64,000 nt of DNA from Chiloscyllium plagiosum (GCF_004010195.1 NC_057751.1:888665-952664), one strand, 5' to 3'. Counted from the first letter of the stretch, positions 39,050 to 52,389 are shown. A program made the numbers and translations. The notes: generated by a model from the sequence alone, not told the origin.

Positions 39050-40279
39050 CACACCCACCTTCTTGAAGGAGTAGCAAGGATCAGCAAAGAGTGTCATCCT
39101 TTCCAGTAATGTTCACATCCTGCAAATGAATGTTTAAAAATGGCATTAAGATCAGGCAGTGTACAAAATGAACCTTAGCCTGGCAAGAAGGAGTAAGAGG
39201 AGTCTTTATAGTCATAAGCATTGTGTGCAGACTTGCATTTCTGAGTCACTTTCGAAAAATAATTGGAAAAAGATGCAGATAACGACCCTCAAAGTTCGGA
39301 CAAACTTTCCATGCAGCCACGATATCAGGCCCACATTGTCTATGGGCTCTCCAGCTCAAAGTCAATGAATGGCTGATCTTTCCTTCTCAGTCAAACCTTC
39401 AAGGACTCATGTACCACTTCAGAGACACAATCAGGTGGATCTTGAAATGGGGTCTGGGCTCTCTGTGGGCTATTCATCAGGCTCCTATAAAGGACCCAAA
39501 GCAATTGAACATGGCATTGAGTGCTCCTGTCCATTGTTAATTGTCTGTGAGAAGGTGGTGAGTGTATACGCCTCTTGTTCTTCTTGAGGTTGTGAAATTG
39601 AGATGCAGGTTGGTTCGAGTCCTGCGATCCATTCTCATTGTGCTTATTTTTGGTTAAAGACACTGGTGTAACAATGAGAGGTATAGGCTCATTATGTTTC
39701 TGACATTGTAAAGTAGCAAGTCATGAAATACTCCTGAGTAATCCTGAGACAGGTTTGGAATTGAGACTGAATGTTTTTACATCTACTTTGTACCAATCAC
39801 ATTCCAAGCATCACACTTGAAAGGTCACACTTGGTTATAGACGAACAATCGATCTTGCAACAAAGAGAAAGCAACCCAGCCATCGATCCACAGCCTGAAA
39901 TTTACACTTACAATTACTTCCTGATTTACCTCATTAATTTAAAGTTTATTTGGATCTGCCTTTGTGCCCGCAGGGAGTGCCTCACCATTAGACTTAAAGT
40001 AACAGGGCAGGTTCAGAACTAAAAGTGACAAATACTTTGAAAAGCAATGAAAGCCTTGTACTTGTCTCATACTATTCCCAAACACAATGTGAAAACTGTG
40101 CTCAGAGAGCTGTCTCTCCTCCAAGTCAGACTGTCTGGGTTTGAATCTCATTCCAGAGATATGTGTATAAAATCTGGACCTGCACTCCCAGTGCAACAGA
40201 GGGATAGAATATTACAACACAGAAAAGGCCTTTCAGTCATGGCAGCCATCATCTTACCTGCTAAAAGGAAAACCAGCCA

Positions 40280-40515
40280 AACTAATGCTGGAGATCACAA
40301 CGGGTCAGGCAGCATCCATGGAGAGAGAGAGAGAGAGAGATCAAGCAAACATTTCAAATCTAGATGACTCTTTATCAGAGTTGAAGTGAAGTGTGCAGGT
40401 GGAAGCATTTATGCGATAGTTGGCGGGGGGGGGGGGTGGGTGGGTTGAGGATGTGGTTGTGGCTGGGTGTAGGGTGCTGGTGGACAAAAAATGTTGATTG
40501 CTCAGATTAAGTGAT
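40280..40515 (-). mobile_element. Penelope-like terminus of another family, decayed hammerhead
   Basis: Minus strand CTGATAA-A-GAGTC-ATCTA-GATTT-GAAA (40378-40352), then gatgctgcctgacccg...ctccagc tail. Confidence 0.65.
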
Positions 40516-40952
40516 CGGGATGGCTGGACCAGGCACTGAGCCATCACGCCGCCAATGACAGCAACTGTAATATTCGAGGAATTGATTTTTAATTTAATCA
40601 CCATGAATGTGGGTACACTGATGATAATCAGAGCTCTTTTTTAGCTCTTTGATGAAGGATGTGCAGATAACTTTAAAGGGGCATATCGCAAAGTATTGTA
40701 GTCACTACTTTGAGGATACAGTGTGGAAATTTGTGGTGTTCTAACTTGGAGGCAACTGGAAAGCAGCAGCATGGAGATTGGTGTATTATACTTCATCGCC
40801 AAGTGAAAATCATCTATCTGGTGTGATCTTCCAAAGACAAATCCACATTAATGTTTTGTCAATCTTGATCGATTAATATGTTTATCATACACAAGAAAGC
40901 TAACAAATCCCAGCTATATTACAGCATTACATCTACATTGGTCTACACTATT

Positions 40953-41257
40953 GAGACAGCGTGGTGGCTCAGTGGTTAGCATGGCTGCCTCACAGCGCCA
41001 GGGACCTGGGTTTGATTCCAACCTTGGGTGACTGTCTGTGTGGAGTTTGCACATTCTCCCTGTGCCTGCATGTGGTCCTCTGGGTGCTCTGGTTTCCCCC
41101 CAGTCTTCAAAGATGTGCAGGATTGTTCATGCTAACCTGCCGTGACTGTCCAGCGAAGTACAGTGATGGAGTGGGGTTGGATGGAAAGCTCTCCAGAGGT
41201 TCAGTATGGACTTGATGGGCTGAATGGCCTGCTTCCACAATGTAGGGGTTCTATAAT
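40953..41257 (+). mobile_element. HE1-like SINE (older)
   Basis: ggtggctcagtggttagc...gggtttgattcc head. Confidence 0.83.
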
Positions 41258-41353
41258 GTATGGAGAGAGACTTGATTGATGACACTGAAGTTGCTCAGTA
41301 ATTTTCACTGAGGAGACTGTGCTGCTTCACAGTATCACTTTGAGTACCTCTCC

Positions 41354-43385
41354 ATAGAACATAGAACATTACAGCTCAGTACGGGCTTTCGGGCCTTGAT
41401 GTTGCACTGACAAGTGAAACTAATCTGAAACCCATCTAACCTACACAATTCCGTTTTCATCTATATATCTATCCAATGACCATTTAAATGCCTTTAAAGT
41501 CAGCGAGTCCACTACTGTTGCAGGCACCTACTACTCTCTGAGTAAAGAACCTACCTCTGACATCTGTCCTATATCTATCACACCTTAATTTAAAGCAATG
41601 TCCCCTCATGCTAGCCATCACCATCTCTCACTGTCCACCCTATCTTAACCCTCTGATTATCTTATATGTCTCAATTAAGTCACCACTCAACTTTCTTCTC
41701 TCTAATGAAAACAGCCTCAAGTCCCTCAGCCTTTCCTCATAACACCTTCCCTCCATACCAAGCAACATCCTAGGAAATCTCCTCTGAACCCTTCCAAAGC
41801 TTCTACATCCTTCCAATAATATGGTGACCAGAACTGTACGTGTACTCCAAGTGGAGCCACACCAGAGTTTTGTGCAGCTGCAACATGACCTTGTGGCTCC
41901 AAAACTCAATCCCTCTCCCAATAAAAGCTAACACACCCTTTGCCTTCTTAACCTTATCAACCAGGGTAGTAACTTTCGGGGTTCTATCGACATGGACGCC
42001 GAGGTCTTTCAGCTCATCTACACTACCAAGAATTTTACCATTAGCCCAGTACTCTTTATTCCTGTTGCTCCTTCCAAAGTGAATCACCTCACACTTTTCC
42101 ACATTAAACTCCATAGCCAACTCTCAGCCCAGCTCTGCAGCTTATCTATGTCCCTCTGTAATCCACAACATCCTTTGGCACTATCCACAACTCTACCGAC
42201 CTTGGTGTCATTCCAAATTCACTAACCCATTCTTCTGTGCCCTCATCCAGGACATTTATAAAAATGACAAACAACAGTAGCCCCAAAACAGATCCTTGTG
42301 GTTCCCCACTAGTAATGATTAGCTTCCCTACATGGTGGAAACAGACCATTTGGCCAAACAAGTTCATGCCAACCCTCCGAAGAGTAATCCTTTGACTAAA
42401 GCACCAAACGTTATGGGTAATTTAGCATGGCCAATTGACCTTACCTGCACATCTCTGGAAGAAACCTGAGCACACCCACGCAGACACAGGGAGAATGTGC
42501 AAACTTCACACAGACCGTCACCCGAGGCTGGAATCAAACCCAGATTCCCTGGCGCTGTGAGGTAACAGTGCTAACCACTGAGCCACTGTACCGGCCCTAA
42601 TGAACTCCAGGATGAACATTTCCCATCAGCCACCACCCTCTGCCTTCTTTCAGCTAGCCTATTTCTGATCCAAACTGCGAAATCACCCTCAAACCCATGC
42701 CTCCGTATTTTGTGCAATAACCTTATTAAAGGCTTTACTGAAATCCATATACACCACATCAACCAATTTACCCTCATCCACCTGTTTGGTCATCTTCTCA
42801 AAGAACTCAATAAGGTTTATGAGACCTACCTTCACAAAACTGTGTTGACTATCCCTAACCAACTTATTCCTTTCTAGATGATTATAAATCCGATCTCATA
42901 TAATCCTTTCCAACACTTTACCACAACTGAAGTACGGCTCACTGGTCTATAATTGCCAAGCTTGTCTCTACACCCCTTCTTTAACAAGGGGACAACATTT
43001 GCTATCCTCCAGCCTTCTGGCACTATTTCTTAGACAATGAAGATATAAAGATCCAAGCCAAAGGCTCTGCAATCTCCTCCCTGGCTTCCCAAAGAATCCT
43101 AGGATAATTCCCATCTGGCCCAGGGGACTTATCTATTTTCACACTTTCCAGAATTGCTAACACCTCCTCCTCATGAACCTCAATCCCATCTTGTCTAGTA
43201 GCCTGTATCTCAGTATTCTCCTTGACAACATTGTCTTTTTCATTGTGAATACCCACGAAAAATATTCATTTGGCACTTCCCCTATCTCCTCTGACTCCAC
43301 GTACAACTTCCCACTACTATCCTTGATTGGCTCTAACCTTACTCTAGTCATTCTTTTATTCCTGATGTATGTATAGAAGCATCTT
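41354..43385 (-). mobile_element. 5'-truncated CR1 (atgttct-type tail) with a nested SINE
   Basis: KIDKSPGPDG..PRILWEAREEIAEPL; PQGSVLGLLLFVIFIN; MEFNVEKCEVIHFGR; tail catagaacatagaaca. Confidence 0.9.
42319..42597 (-). mobile_element. HE1-like SINE with taatga TSD
   Basis: Splits the CR1 RT region; taatga on both sides. Confidence 0.85.
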
Positions 43386-43924
43386 TATAGTCAGACAGGT
43401 ATCAGTTCGAGAGATTGAATGGTTAAATGAGCAAGCAGTACAAGAAAGTCTGACAAAGATGGAGGGTGGATGTGAGGTCATGTCAGCTTCTCTGAGATAC
43501 TTCAGAGTGGACATCTGACATTCTCTCTTAAAAACCTGTGAGGTGGGGATTCCACTGACTATTTCCAAGATTGAAATTGATGTTTTTTTGCTGGGTGAAG
43601 GTATCGAAGGATAAAGAGCAAAAGGTGCGAGAAGAGATCACGGTGATAACAGTTCCAGAAATTGAAGGGAACTGCACCAATTTCTTATGATACTCTTAAA
43701 GAGACAGCACTATAATGATGGGCTGAGTGGCCTCTTCTGGTACTGTAAGATGCAGTGGTGACCTGTTGACTTGAAGTGTTCTTAATCTAAATAGAAGAAG
43801 TTTGCTAAGCCCCATACATTGTTCATAACCAACTGTGATCTGTCAGTGGTGCAGATCAACTAGAGGAAAGTATATTAGGATTTCTGTACCATGAACATCC
43901 ACTTTATAAATTGCACTCGACTCT

Positions 43925-44610
43925 CGTGTTGCTGCAGGATTAAATTTAAAAATACAAGGACGATGGAGGCAAGATCATCAATCACTTCATCACCCACAGT
44001 TGCGATAAAAGCTGCATAAAGGGAAAAAAATACTTTTATAACTTGCCCAAGTATCTGTTATGGGGGAATTGGACTCATAAATCAAAATGTCCTGTCACAA
44101 TGAATGCTGCAGCTGAAAGGTACGGATTTTACCATTATTCTTCCCTGCTCAGAAAGGTAATTTCCCAAATGTCAGAGGGACAAACATCTTGCTGATTCTT
44201 TGACCCTATAAGTACAAGGATAGAGCGTTTTATTAAACTGACATGATGGAATCTTCTATGTTTTCAAGCTAATGATTTGATCAGAAGGTAAATTAAAAGT
44301 TATTTATTAGTTTATTCTAAAATTTTCTTCCCTCCAAGTTACAAGGTTATCAGGCTCAAACTGATGATAAAGTGCATGCAAATCCGATTTCAGAACATAC
44401 AAGTACTTGCAATGGACATGTTGTTGTATAAGCCTGATCTGATAGCGTAAGAGAGTAATTTGCTTTAATAGCACTAATGTTAGTCTCATGACACTGAAAA
44501 TTTGCTGATTTAACAGAAATTATGCAGGTAGAGAGGTGAAGGGCATAAAAGTACTGAAACATGCGCCTCTACTGTCTATTCTAATCTGACTGTCGAATAA
44601 TTAGCCACAC
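43925..44610. promoter_or_regulatory. Candidate conserved non-coding enhancer
   Basis: Repeat-free and AT-rich. TCATAAATCA (44075-44084, PBX-HOX-like on the minus strand) lies 7 bp from CTGTCA (44092-44097, MEIS-like). Several TAAT sites. Confidence 0.35.
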
Positions 44611-44723
44611 AAATCACTTCAGGGTCGATCCTTGCTGGTGACAATCTCTGCTGAGGCTGAACGTGCCTTGGTGTTGCAACATTTCTAATCGTGGATTCAG
44701 CAAGTCTGCTGCATGGTTATAAA

Positions 44724-44976
44724 TCACCACTGTGTTTTCTTGTACTGATCCTGGAAACTCTTTGAGGAAGTGACACTTTGTTGTACAGAGTTTTTGGTAG
44801 ACCCTGTGTAGAGTAGCAGCATGCAGGAGTGTACACCGCACTTCAGAAAGGGTGCCCAGGCTTGGGAGGAAGTGCAACCCAGATTCAACATTATCGTCCA
44901 AACCCATGACCCAAGCTGCACCATCAGAAGGACAAGGGCACAGACACACAGGGATGTTACCATCTCCAGTTCCTCT
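44724..44976 (-). CDS. Candidate terminal coding exon of an unidentified gene (hydrophobic segment in the phase-2 frame)
   Basis: Acceptor ttctactttctaacag. Phase-2 frame EELEMVTSLCVCALVLLMVQLGSWVW...KKTQW*. The phase-0 frame is also open, to 44614. Confidence 0.27.
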
Positions 44977-45486
44977 CTGTTAGAAAGTAGAACCCCAGTT
45001 TCTGATTTGCCTTTTGCCAAGCTTGAAACTTTCAATTGGTTTATCTTTGAACCTCTCTACCTGCTTGTCCAAATAGAAACAATCTGTAACAAAGAAAAAC
45101 AAAAGATAAGTTAAAGATAACATCAGGCCATTGATGCCTGCTGCCCTTAAACAGAAGGATGTGCTCTTACATGTTGTAAACTGACCTTGACCAAGGGTGG
45201 GCAATGGGTTAATGTTACTCTGACAGCATGAGTAGTTGTCCTGTGTCCATTGGCTAAACGGATTCAAATGGTTAAGTAATACTCAATAAATTACCAAATC
45301 ATAGAAATATGCGATATTAATCCATCCTCATTGGGTGGAAAAGTTTGCCAGACATCTTCCTCCTTCGGATGGAAGATAGATGAGGAAAGGAGGAAGAAGA
45401 CCTAAGGAGCTCTTCAGCTGAAGACAAGGCTGCTGCCTCTAACTCTTCATTCAGTTGTGGGTTGTATACCTTTTCAGTCGAATTAG

Positions 45487-45935
45487 TCATAGAGTCATAC
45501 AGCACAGAAACAGACCTTTCGGTCCAACCCATCCATGCCAACCAAGTTCCCCAAACTAAACTCGTCCGATTTGCCTCTATTTGGTCCATATCCCTCGAAA
45601 CCCTTCTTATTCCTCAAGAGTGTGGTGCTGGAAAAGCACAGCAGGTCAGGCAGCATCCGAGGAGCAGGGGAATCGATGTTTCAGGCAAGAGCCCTTCATG
45701 GATTGAGCATGATTTCTGATGAAGAGCCAGAAACGTTAATTCTCCTGCTCCTTAGATGCTGCCTGACCTGCAGTGCATTTCCAGCACCACACTCTCGACT
45801 CTGATCTCCAGGATCTGCAGCCCTCACTTTCTCCTTCCCATTCCCCTTCCTGTCCAAATGCCTTGTAAATGTTGTAACTGTACCTGCATCCATCACTTCC
45901 TCTGGTGGGTCATTCCACAAACGAACCACCCTCAA
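45487..45935 (-). mobile_element. CR1 3' end interrupted by a fold-back Penelope-like insertion
   Basis: Tail gtcatagagtcatac; CR1 sequence resumes at ~45837. Confidence 0.85.
45615..45835. mobile_element. Fold-back Penelope-like terminus, two damaged hammerhead motifs
   Basis: Inverted arms ~45618-45698 and ~45718-45795. ctgatga at 45716 has a collapsed stem II. Possible TSD ttcttattcc/ttcccattcc. Confidence 0.82.
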
Positions 45936-46317
45936 TGATACATTTCTGTTGCTCCTTAACACACTTAATAAACTATCTGAAAATTCCTAATGAATGGTGA
46001 ACTGCCTATATGATGTAACTGTGGTCCCAAATCCCAAAATGTAACACCTCCACGTGGAAGAATGGAGTTACAAGAAGCTATCTTCTCAGATGAGTAAGTC
46101 CCAACCAAAGGAGTAAACTTTAAAATGACAGAAAGGTCATCCAGAAGTGAAATCTTTATTGTTGAAATGCTTGTGTATGCTAGGGGTTAACGAAAGCTTT
46201 GTGACTGAGATTGAGACATTTATTAGGTCAAGGTATCAAGCAGTGTGGAACAATACACAATAAAGAGGTGAGCTACAGAGCAGCCATGATCTAATTGAAA
46301 TATTGTCCATGTGTGAG

Positions 46318-46625
46318 AGTGGCAAAGTGACTCAGTAGTTAGCACTGCTGCCTCACAGTTTCAGGGATCTGGATTCAGCTCCAGCCTTGGTGAGGGTCTG
46401 TGTGGGATTGGGTGGTCTCCTTGTGTCTGCAGGGGTTTCTGCCCCGTACTCCAGATTCCTCCCAAATTGGCCCGTAGTGTCCAGGGATGTGCAGGTTAGA
46501 TGGATTAGTCATGCTAAATGCAGGATTATGGGATGGGGTGGGGGACTGGGATGCTCTTGGTAAGATCAGAGCTGACTCGATGGGCTGAATGGCCTCTATC
46601 TGCACTGTCTGGATTCTAGGATTCG
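46318..46625 (+). mobile_element. HE1-like SINE (older)
   Basis: gtgactcagtagttagcactgctgcctcacag head. Confidence 0.78.
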
Positions 46626-47267
46626 AAAACTGAATGGGCTTCTTCTGTTACTTTGAATGTACTGTATATCTCTGAGCATCACATTGGATGGACTGTTGGG
46701 ATCTATTCCCTTGGTGAAAATATTCAGCATACCAATTGTAATAAACACTGATTAAACTCTAGCTACAGGGCATTGAACGTGAGCACGAGAAAAGGATTGA
46801 AAATTAGGGCCATGACATGAACAAACCACACAGAACTGGGAGCAATTAAAAGGCAAAGTTGAGGAGCTGTCCTGTTTTATGTAACCCTTCCTGCACTGTG
46901 TGGGTCAAGTACTCTAATTGTTATGATTCCTGCTGACAGTACTGTTGGACAAGACAAGACAGTTCACAAAAGTGAAACTTGGCTTGATAGATCCAAAGTC
47001 TATTCTTGCAGTTTGGTTACAATGATGATCAGACACTGAACACCTTTGCATGGGACTGCCAATGTTCTCTTCACGAAAGAACTCGGGATAATGATCAAAA
47101 GTAAAGGTTTGCAAGTGACAATATGGAAAGACCATAACATAAACAGCAAAAGGAAAGATTCAATCCTTTTCCAAGCAATATCTTTTACAGTACTCTTCCT
47201 GTATTCGCAGTTTCATTTCTGTATCATATTATTCTTTCATGCTCCGCTCCATGGACTGCAGAAGCAG

Positions 47268-47820
47268 AGAATCATGGAGATGTACAGCACAGAAACAGAC
47301 CCTTCGGCCTAACTCGGCCATGCCGGCCAGATATCCCAACCTTAACACTCCCATTTACCAGCACTTGGCCCATATCCCTCCAAACCCTTCCTATTCATAT
47401 ACCCACCCATTCCATACACCTACCACCCTCTGCATGAAATAGTTGCTCCTTAGGTCTCTTTTCTATCTTTTCCCTCTCACTCTGAACCTATGCCCTCTAG
47501 TTCGGGACTCCCTGACCCCAGGGAAAAGACTTTGTCTATTTACCATATCCACGCCCCTCATAGTTTTGTAAACCTCTATAAGGTCACCCCTCAGCCTGTG
47601 ACGCTTCAAGGAAAACAGCCCCAGCCTGTTCAGCCTCTCCCTATAGCTCAAACTCTCTAACCCCGGCAACATCCTTGGAAATCTTTTCTGAACCCTTTCA
47701 AGTTTCACAACATCTTTCCGATAGAAAGGAGAGCAGAATTGCAGGCAATATTCCAACAGTGGCCTAACCAATGTCCTGTACAGCCGCAACATAACCTCCC
47801 AACTCCTGTACTCAATACTC
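47268..47820 (-). mobile_element. CR1 (HER1-like) 3' fragment
   Basis: SIEYRSWEVMLRLYRTLVRPLLEYC...TRGHRFRV (47463-47837). Confidence 0.92.
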
Positions 47821-48149
47821 TTAAGACTTCTTTCCACCTCTGGCCTGGATGCTTCTTTGTAATTCTTGCAATCAGCAGAATATTATTAACCATCTCACCC
47901 CAAAGACTTCTCCAATAGGGGAGAAAAACCTGCCCTCCTGCAAAGACAACATTGCTTCTTCTGTGCTCAGCCCGTGACCATCTGTCTTTCTATATGCCAT
48001 TGAAGTTCAATTTTATAAACACTTCACCAACTAACTCTCCAGGTAACTGGACAGGTAACAGACGATTTAATGTTAGTCACATGCTTTATTGGAAGTTGTC
48101 TTTAATTCCCTATTCCAAATTACTTTCTCAAAAAAAACAACCAACCAGG

Positions 48150-48502
48150 TGGTGTGGTGGAACCATGTTTAGCACTGCTGTCTCACAGCACCAGGGACTT
48201 GGTTTCAATTCCAGCCTCTGTGTGGAGTTTGCACATTCTCCCCGTGTCGATGTGGGTTTCCTCGAGGTGCTCCGGTTTCCTCCCACAGTCCAAAGATGTA
48301 CAGGTTGGGTGGATTGGGCCATGCTAAATTGTCCTGTAGTGTCCAGGGATGTGCAGGGTAGGTGGATTGGGCCATGCTAAATTGTCCATACTGTCATGGG
48401 AAATGCAGGATTACAGGCAAGTGGCAAAGGGGTAAGTCTGGGTGGGATGCTCTTCAGAGGGTCAGTGATGGACTGAATGGCCTGCTTCGATTCGTGATTC
48501 TA
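48150..48502 (+). mobile_element. HE1-like SINE with an internal duplication
   Basis: SINE core tgtggagtttgcacattctccc; ggtggattgggccatgctaaattgtcc occurs twice. Confidence 0.8.
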
Positions 48503-49094
48503 CGAAACCCTTCACAAAAGGGATACTGAAATCCAATTTTCACCAAGTTCCCAAATAAAAAACGTTCTACAGACTGCAGAGAAAATGAACAGTTTGAACA
48601 TTTTCTGGGTGAAACAGGGTTTTATTAAAGAGTGTGTGCTGCAAGCCACCTGCTGTTTGTGGTAAAATCGAGTGCCTTTGGGGAGAAGAAACAACCAAGA
48701 AAATCTTTGATGGGGGTAAGAGATGGGGTTTATTGCCTTAATGACTGGATGACATAATGACTGGCCTTGGAAAAACCAAAGAGACAAAGATACTGCAGAT
48801 GCTGGAGTCCAAGGTAAACAGGCAGGATGCAATTGCCTCTATGCTAATGGGCACTTGGCAATCTTTGCCAGACTTTGAATTCTGTTTTACACACCCAGGA
48901 TAAATGTGAGCAGATGAGCATTTGAAATGGGAGCAGAAGTAAACTGTTCATTTGGGGCTGACATTGCCAGTCAAAGAGACCATAGTTAATGTGGTTGTGT
49001 TTCAAATTCCACATTTACATGTACCCTCGATAAACATTCATTCCCTGACCTAACAACAATTCGATATACCACTCAAAAATATTCATTGACCCTC

Positions 49095-49288
49095 ATGTCC
49101 AGGGATCTGGTGGATTAGGTGGATTGGCCATGCGAAGTTGCTCGTCGTGCCCAGGGGTGTGCAGGCTTGGTGGATTAGCCACAGGAAGGGTAGCAGGTGG
49201 GTCTGGATGGGATGCTCTTTTGAAGGTTGACGTGGATGTGATGGGCCAATTTGCCTGTTTCCACACTGTAGGGATGCTACGATTCTAT
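49095..49288 (+). mobile_element. HE1-like SINE 3' fragment
   Basis: ggattggccatg...cctgtttccacactgtaggga tail. Confidence 0.7.
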
Positions 49289-49562
49289 GTCTAAAGTCTT
49301 CTGAAACTGTGTTTCAAAGTCATACAACCCTTTGAAAGGAAAGCAAATCTCATCTCTGTCCTATGAGGGTGTCCCCTAATTTTAAAACAGTGCCTCCAAA
49401 TTCTGGACTCACCTGCGAGAGGAGACGTCCTTCCTTAACTCTGAGACCTCAAATTCATCCTGTTCTAGTCCACAGTTTCAAGCTAAATATAATTTGCTCT
49501 GTGGTCAGTCCAGAACATGCTGTTTTAAGAAATCTTGTGAAAGCAGTCCATGAACTGAATGT

Positions 49563-50709
49563 TGTGACCAGTTGCCATTGAGATTCCCTAATTTATCCTG
49601 GTTCCTGTTGGGAAACCCAGATTGCCGACCTCCTTGCTCAGAAGGGATGAAGTGACTCCCTTTCATTATTTACTATCCCACCGCCCACCTTGGTCACAAA
49701 AAGGTTTGATTGAAAAAGATTCTTTCCTTTGTAGGTGCCCTTCTCTCAGACCAAATGAATTTCTGCTTTAAATGAAGCCAATTTAACCAGGCTTTCTTAG
49801 GTTAACAAAAGTGTGTGTTTGTTAGTTACTAAATATGAGAAGAAACAATTATGCAATGCACATGTTACAGAGGTTACAAACAACAGTTGGTTACAAAAGA
49901 AAAGTATAAGATGATATCTGGTTCAGTCTCTAAGTTCCTTACAGAGTGCCCAATGGAATATTACAGTTTTACATTGGGTGAGACTGGTAGCACTAATGTT
50001 AGTTGCTGAGCATTTGTTTCGAGAGGCTTGGTTGTGCAGGTCTGCTAAAAGTCATTCATCCTCTTTCCTTTTGAAAAAGCCTTTGTTTCTTTACCTGCAG
50101 CATTGGGATATCCTGGGATTTTCTCAGCTGTGACCCTTGTGCAACGATGCTGCTCTTTTAACAAGATTAGGTCGTCTTTGATTTTTTTTTTCAGAGGAGT
50201 CATTAAGACACAGGTTCTGAAATGTCTGGGTTTCTTTCCTTGGAGAAGCTGTTAAGTTAAAAAAAAAACACACTGGTACAATGAAAGGGGAGTGGTCAGT
50301 TCTCCCAGTTCAGGGTTTGGTTTGGTTTGGTTTTAGCAAGCAGTCAGTTTTCTGAGGCTGCTGCTCAAAGAAGCAAGTCCAACCTGTAAGACCCTGTGTT
50401 TGATTTTATTTCTTTTTGCCATGGGGATGTTTATCAGGATGTAGCAAGTATTTGGAACAGCATCATTAAGTTGCAGTCGAGTCAACTGGGTTTTTAAACA
50501 GTTAGGTTATTCTGTATTCTGTTCTCTTTTTGTTTGTGTTTCATGTGGTAATCTTGCAAATAAATTCTGTTTTATTTAAAACTAAGTGGTTGGGTCAGCT
50601 ACATCTCTCCTGGAATATCCACTCGACACCTGCTTAAAACAACGAGCAAAGTTAGGGTCTGGGCTCCTTTCTTGAAATTTTCTGAGGGGATCTGGCCTGG
50701 TCCATAACT
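49563..50709 (+). mobile_element. Solo LTR related to family B, long variant (~1.15 kb)
   Basis: Starts tgtgacc; AATAAA near 50559; last ~420 bp match 23804-24250 in reverse. 5' boundary inferred. Confidence 0.62.
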
Positions 50710-50794
50710 CTCAGCACGCACCTTCAAACACTGGCACATACAGACCAGGGTTGAAACTGACTTTTAACCCATGTTCTTGTATATTCTTGAAAGA

Positions 50795-51100
50795 CCGTAA
50801 AAAACAGGACGAAGAGTAGGCCATTCAGCCCATCAAGCCTGCTCCACCATTCAATATGGTCATGGCTGATCCAACACTCCACATTTCTACTTCCCTGCCT
50901 TCTTTGTTGCAAGTAGTTTCAAAGACTCATAACCCTCTGAGAGAAGAAATTCCTCCTCATCTCAGTCGTAAATCGATGCCCTTTAGTTCTGTGACTATGC
51001 CCTCTGGTCCTAGACTCTCCCATGAGGGGAAACATCCCCTCAGCATTTACCCTGTCAAGCCCCTTAAGAAGCTTATACGTTTCAATAAGATATCCTCTCA
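50795..51100 (-). mobile_element. CR1 3' end
   Basis: RGYLIETYKLLKGLDRVNAEGMFPL...TRGH...MRRNFFSQRV. Confidence 0.85.
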
Positions 51101-51699
51101 CGGACTTTGGAATGATGTTGACAAATGAAAAGATAGCCATTAGCAATTCAACACACAAAATTGAAATCACAACCGTTTCATGACATTTGGGGGCAATTAG
51201 TAAATTGGTCTAACCTCATTGTTCTGTGGATGACAGAACTCAGAAGGACTTTGATAATGTAGAGCAGGATTGCAATGTTAGCTGACAGAAATGTTGTTGA
51301 ATTTGTTGCAGTTAATACAATGTTTATGCAGGTAGTGTGAAATACTGGCTCTGTAGTTATTGCTACCATAAACCTTTTTGGCAAAGTGACAGATGGCATA
51401 ACTTTCTCTTCGCCCACTTCAGATTCAATGACAATATTAAGTTGTAAATTAAAAGACAGATCCTGTGGTAAATAAGGTGGCAACACTCTTCATATCTCCT
51501 TGTTTAATTTAACAAAGCACAGTTTTTTGGGACAATTTCCTGGATCATAAAACAGGACTGATTAAATGATATCTTGATAGCTGCATACTCTTTACTTTGG
51601 GGTCATTGAGCAGGAGAGGAAGGAATCACAGATTGATTGACAGTCTGCTAGGCCACAACACAAGCCCTTTCTGCAGAGCCATTGTCTTCTTTCTCTTAC

Positions 51700-52023
51700 C
51701 TGAAAGTGGAGTTAGTCCCTCTGGTGGAAGCATTTTCTGGGCTCCCTGACCCATACACTGAGGGTGAGATGCTGCTCACTGCCATCAGGTGTGTGTGCCC
51801 CACAGGATATCAGTCCAAGATTCTCAGCCTTCGCAATTTTGCGGTTTCAGTGACTGTTTCATCGTTGGTGACTTGGTGGTTATAGTCCATTTGTCCTGGG
51901 GGATGGTGGTGTGATGGTTGCAGTGGCAGCATGGTGGTTCCAGTTTGTTCCTTGTGGCTACGGCGAAGATGCTGCAGCTTTGGTGTTGGCATTGGCTTTG
52001 GCAGTGGCACAATCATGTAGCCA
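51700..52023 (-). CDS. Candidate internal exon (324 nt, phase 2-2) containing one in-frame TGA
   Basis: Pyrimidine-rich acceptor ...ctcctgtgtttctgaag and strong donor CAG|gtaaga. Frame open except TGA at 51812-51810. Confidence 0.3.
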
Positions 52024-52389
52024 CTTCAGAAACACAGGAGTCGTCAAGAGAACACGAGATGGGAACAAACTTTGTCTTAACTTTCTCACAATTAATCCTT
52101 TTCATAATTTCTGTTATGAAAATGGCACTGGATTGTGGCACCTTACACACATCTCACTGTATTTTCATGAATGCAAGTAACAACACATTATTAATCTATT
52201 CTATAGTATTCTAAGCTGAGTATGCCTGGAGCAGGGATCTAAACTGTGGCCTTCTAATGCAAAGGTGCAGCTACCAATGGCTGAGGAAGTGTGAACAACA
52301 ATGTCAGCTTGCATTTCTATAGTACCATTGATGTGATAAAACCTTCCAAAGCATTTCTCAAGTGTGTGAACTACAAAACTTTTACACCT

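Noticed and set aside
39440..39640. Possible Harbinger transposase C-terminal remnant on the minus strand
   Set aside because: Only a faint MFNCF...GA...NSPQR resemblance that needs frameshifts; no terminal inverted repeats found.
51700..52023. Selenoprotein P assignment from CCHC and multiple TGA codons
   Set aside because: No recognisable N-terminal UxxC domain or SECIS. The Sec-rich part of SelP lies in the last exon, whereas this segment ends in a splice donor.
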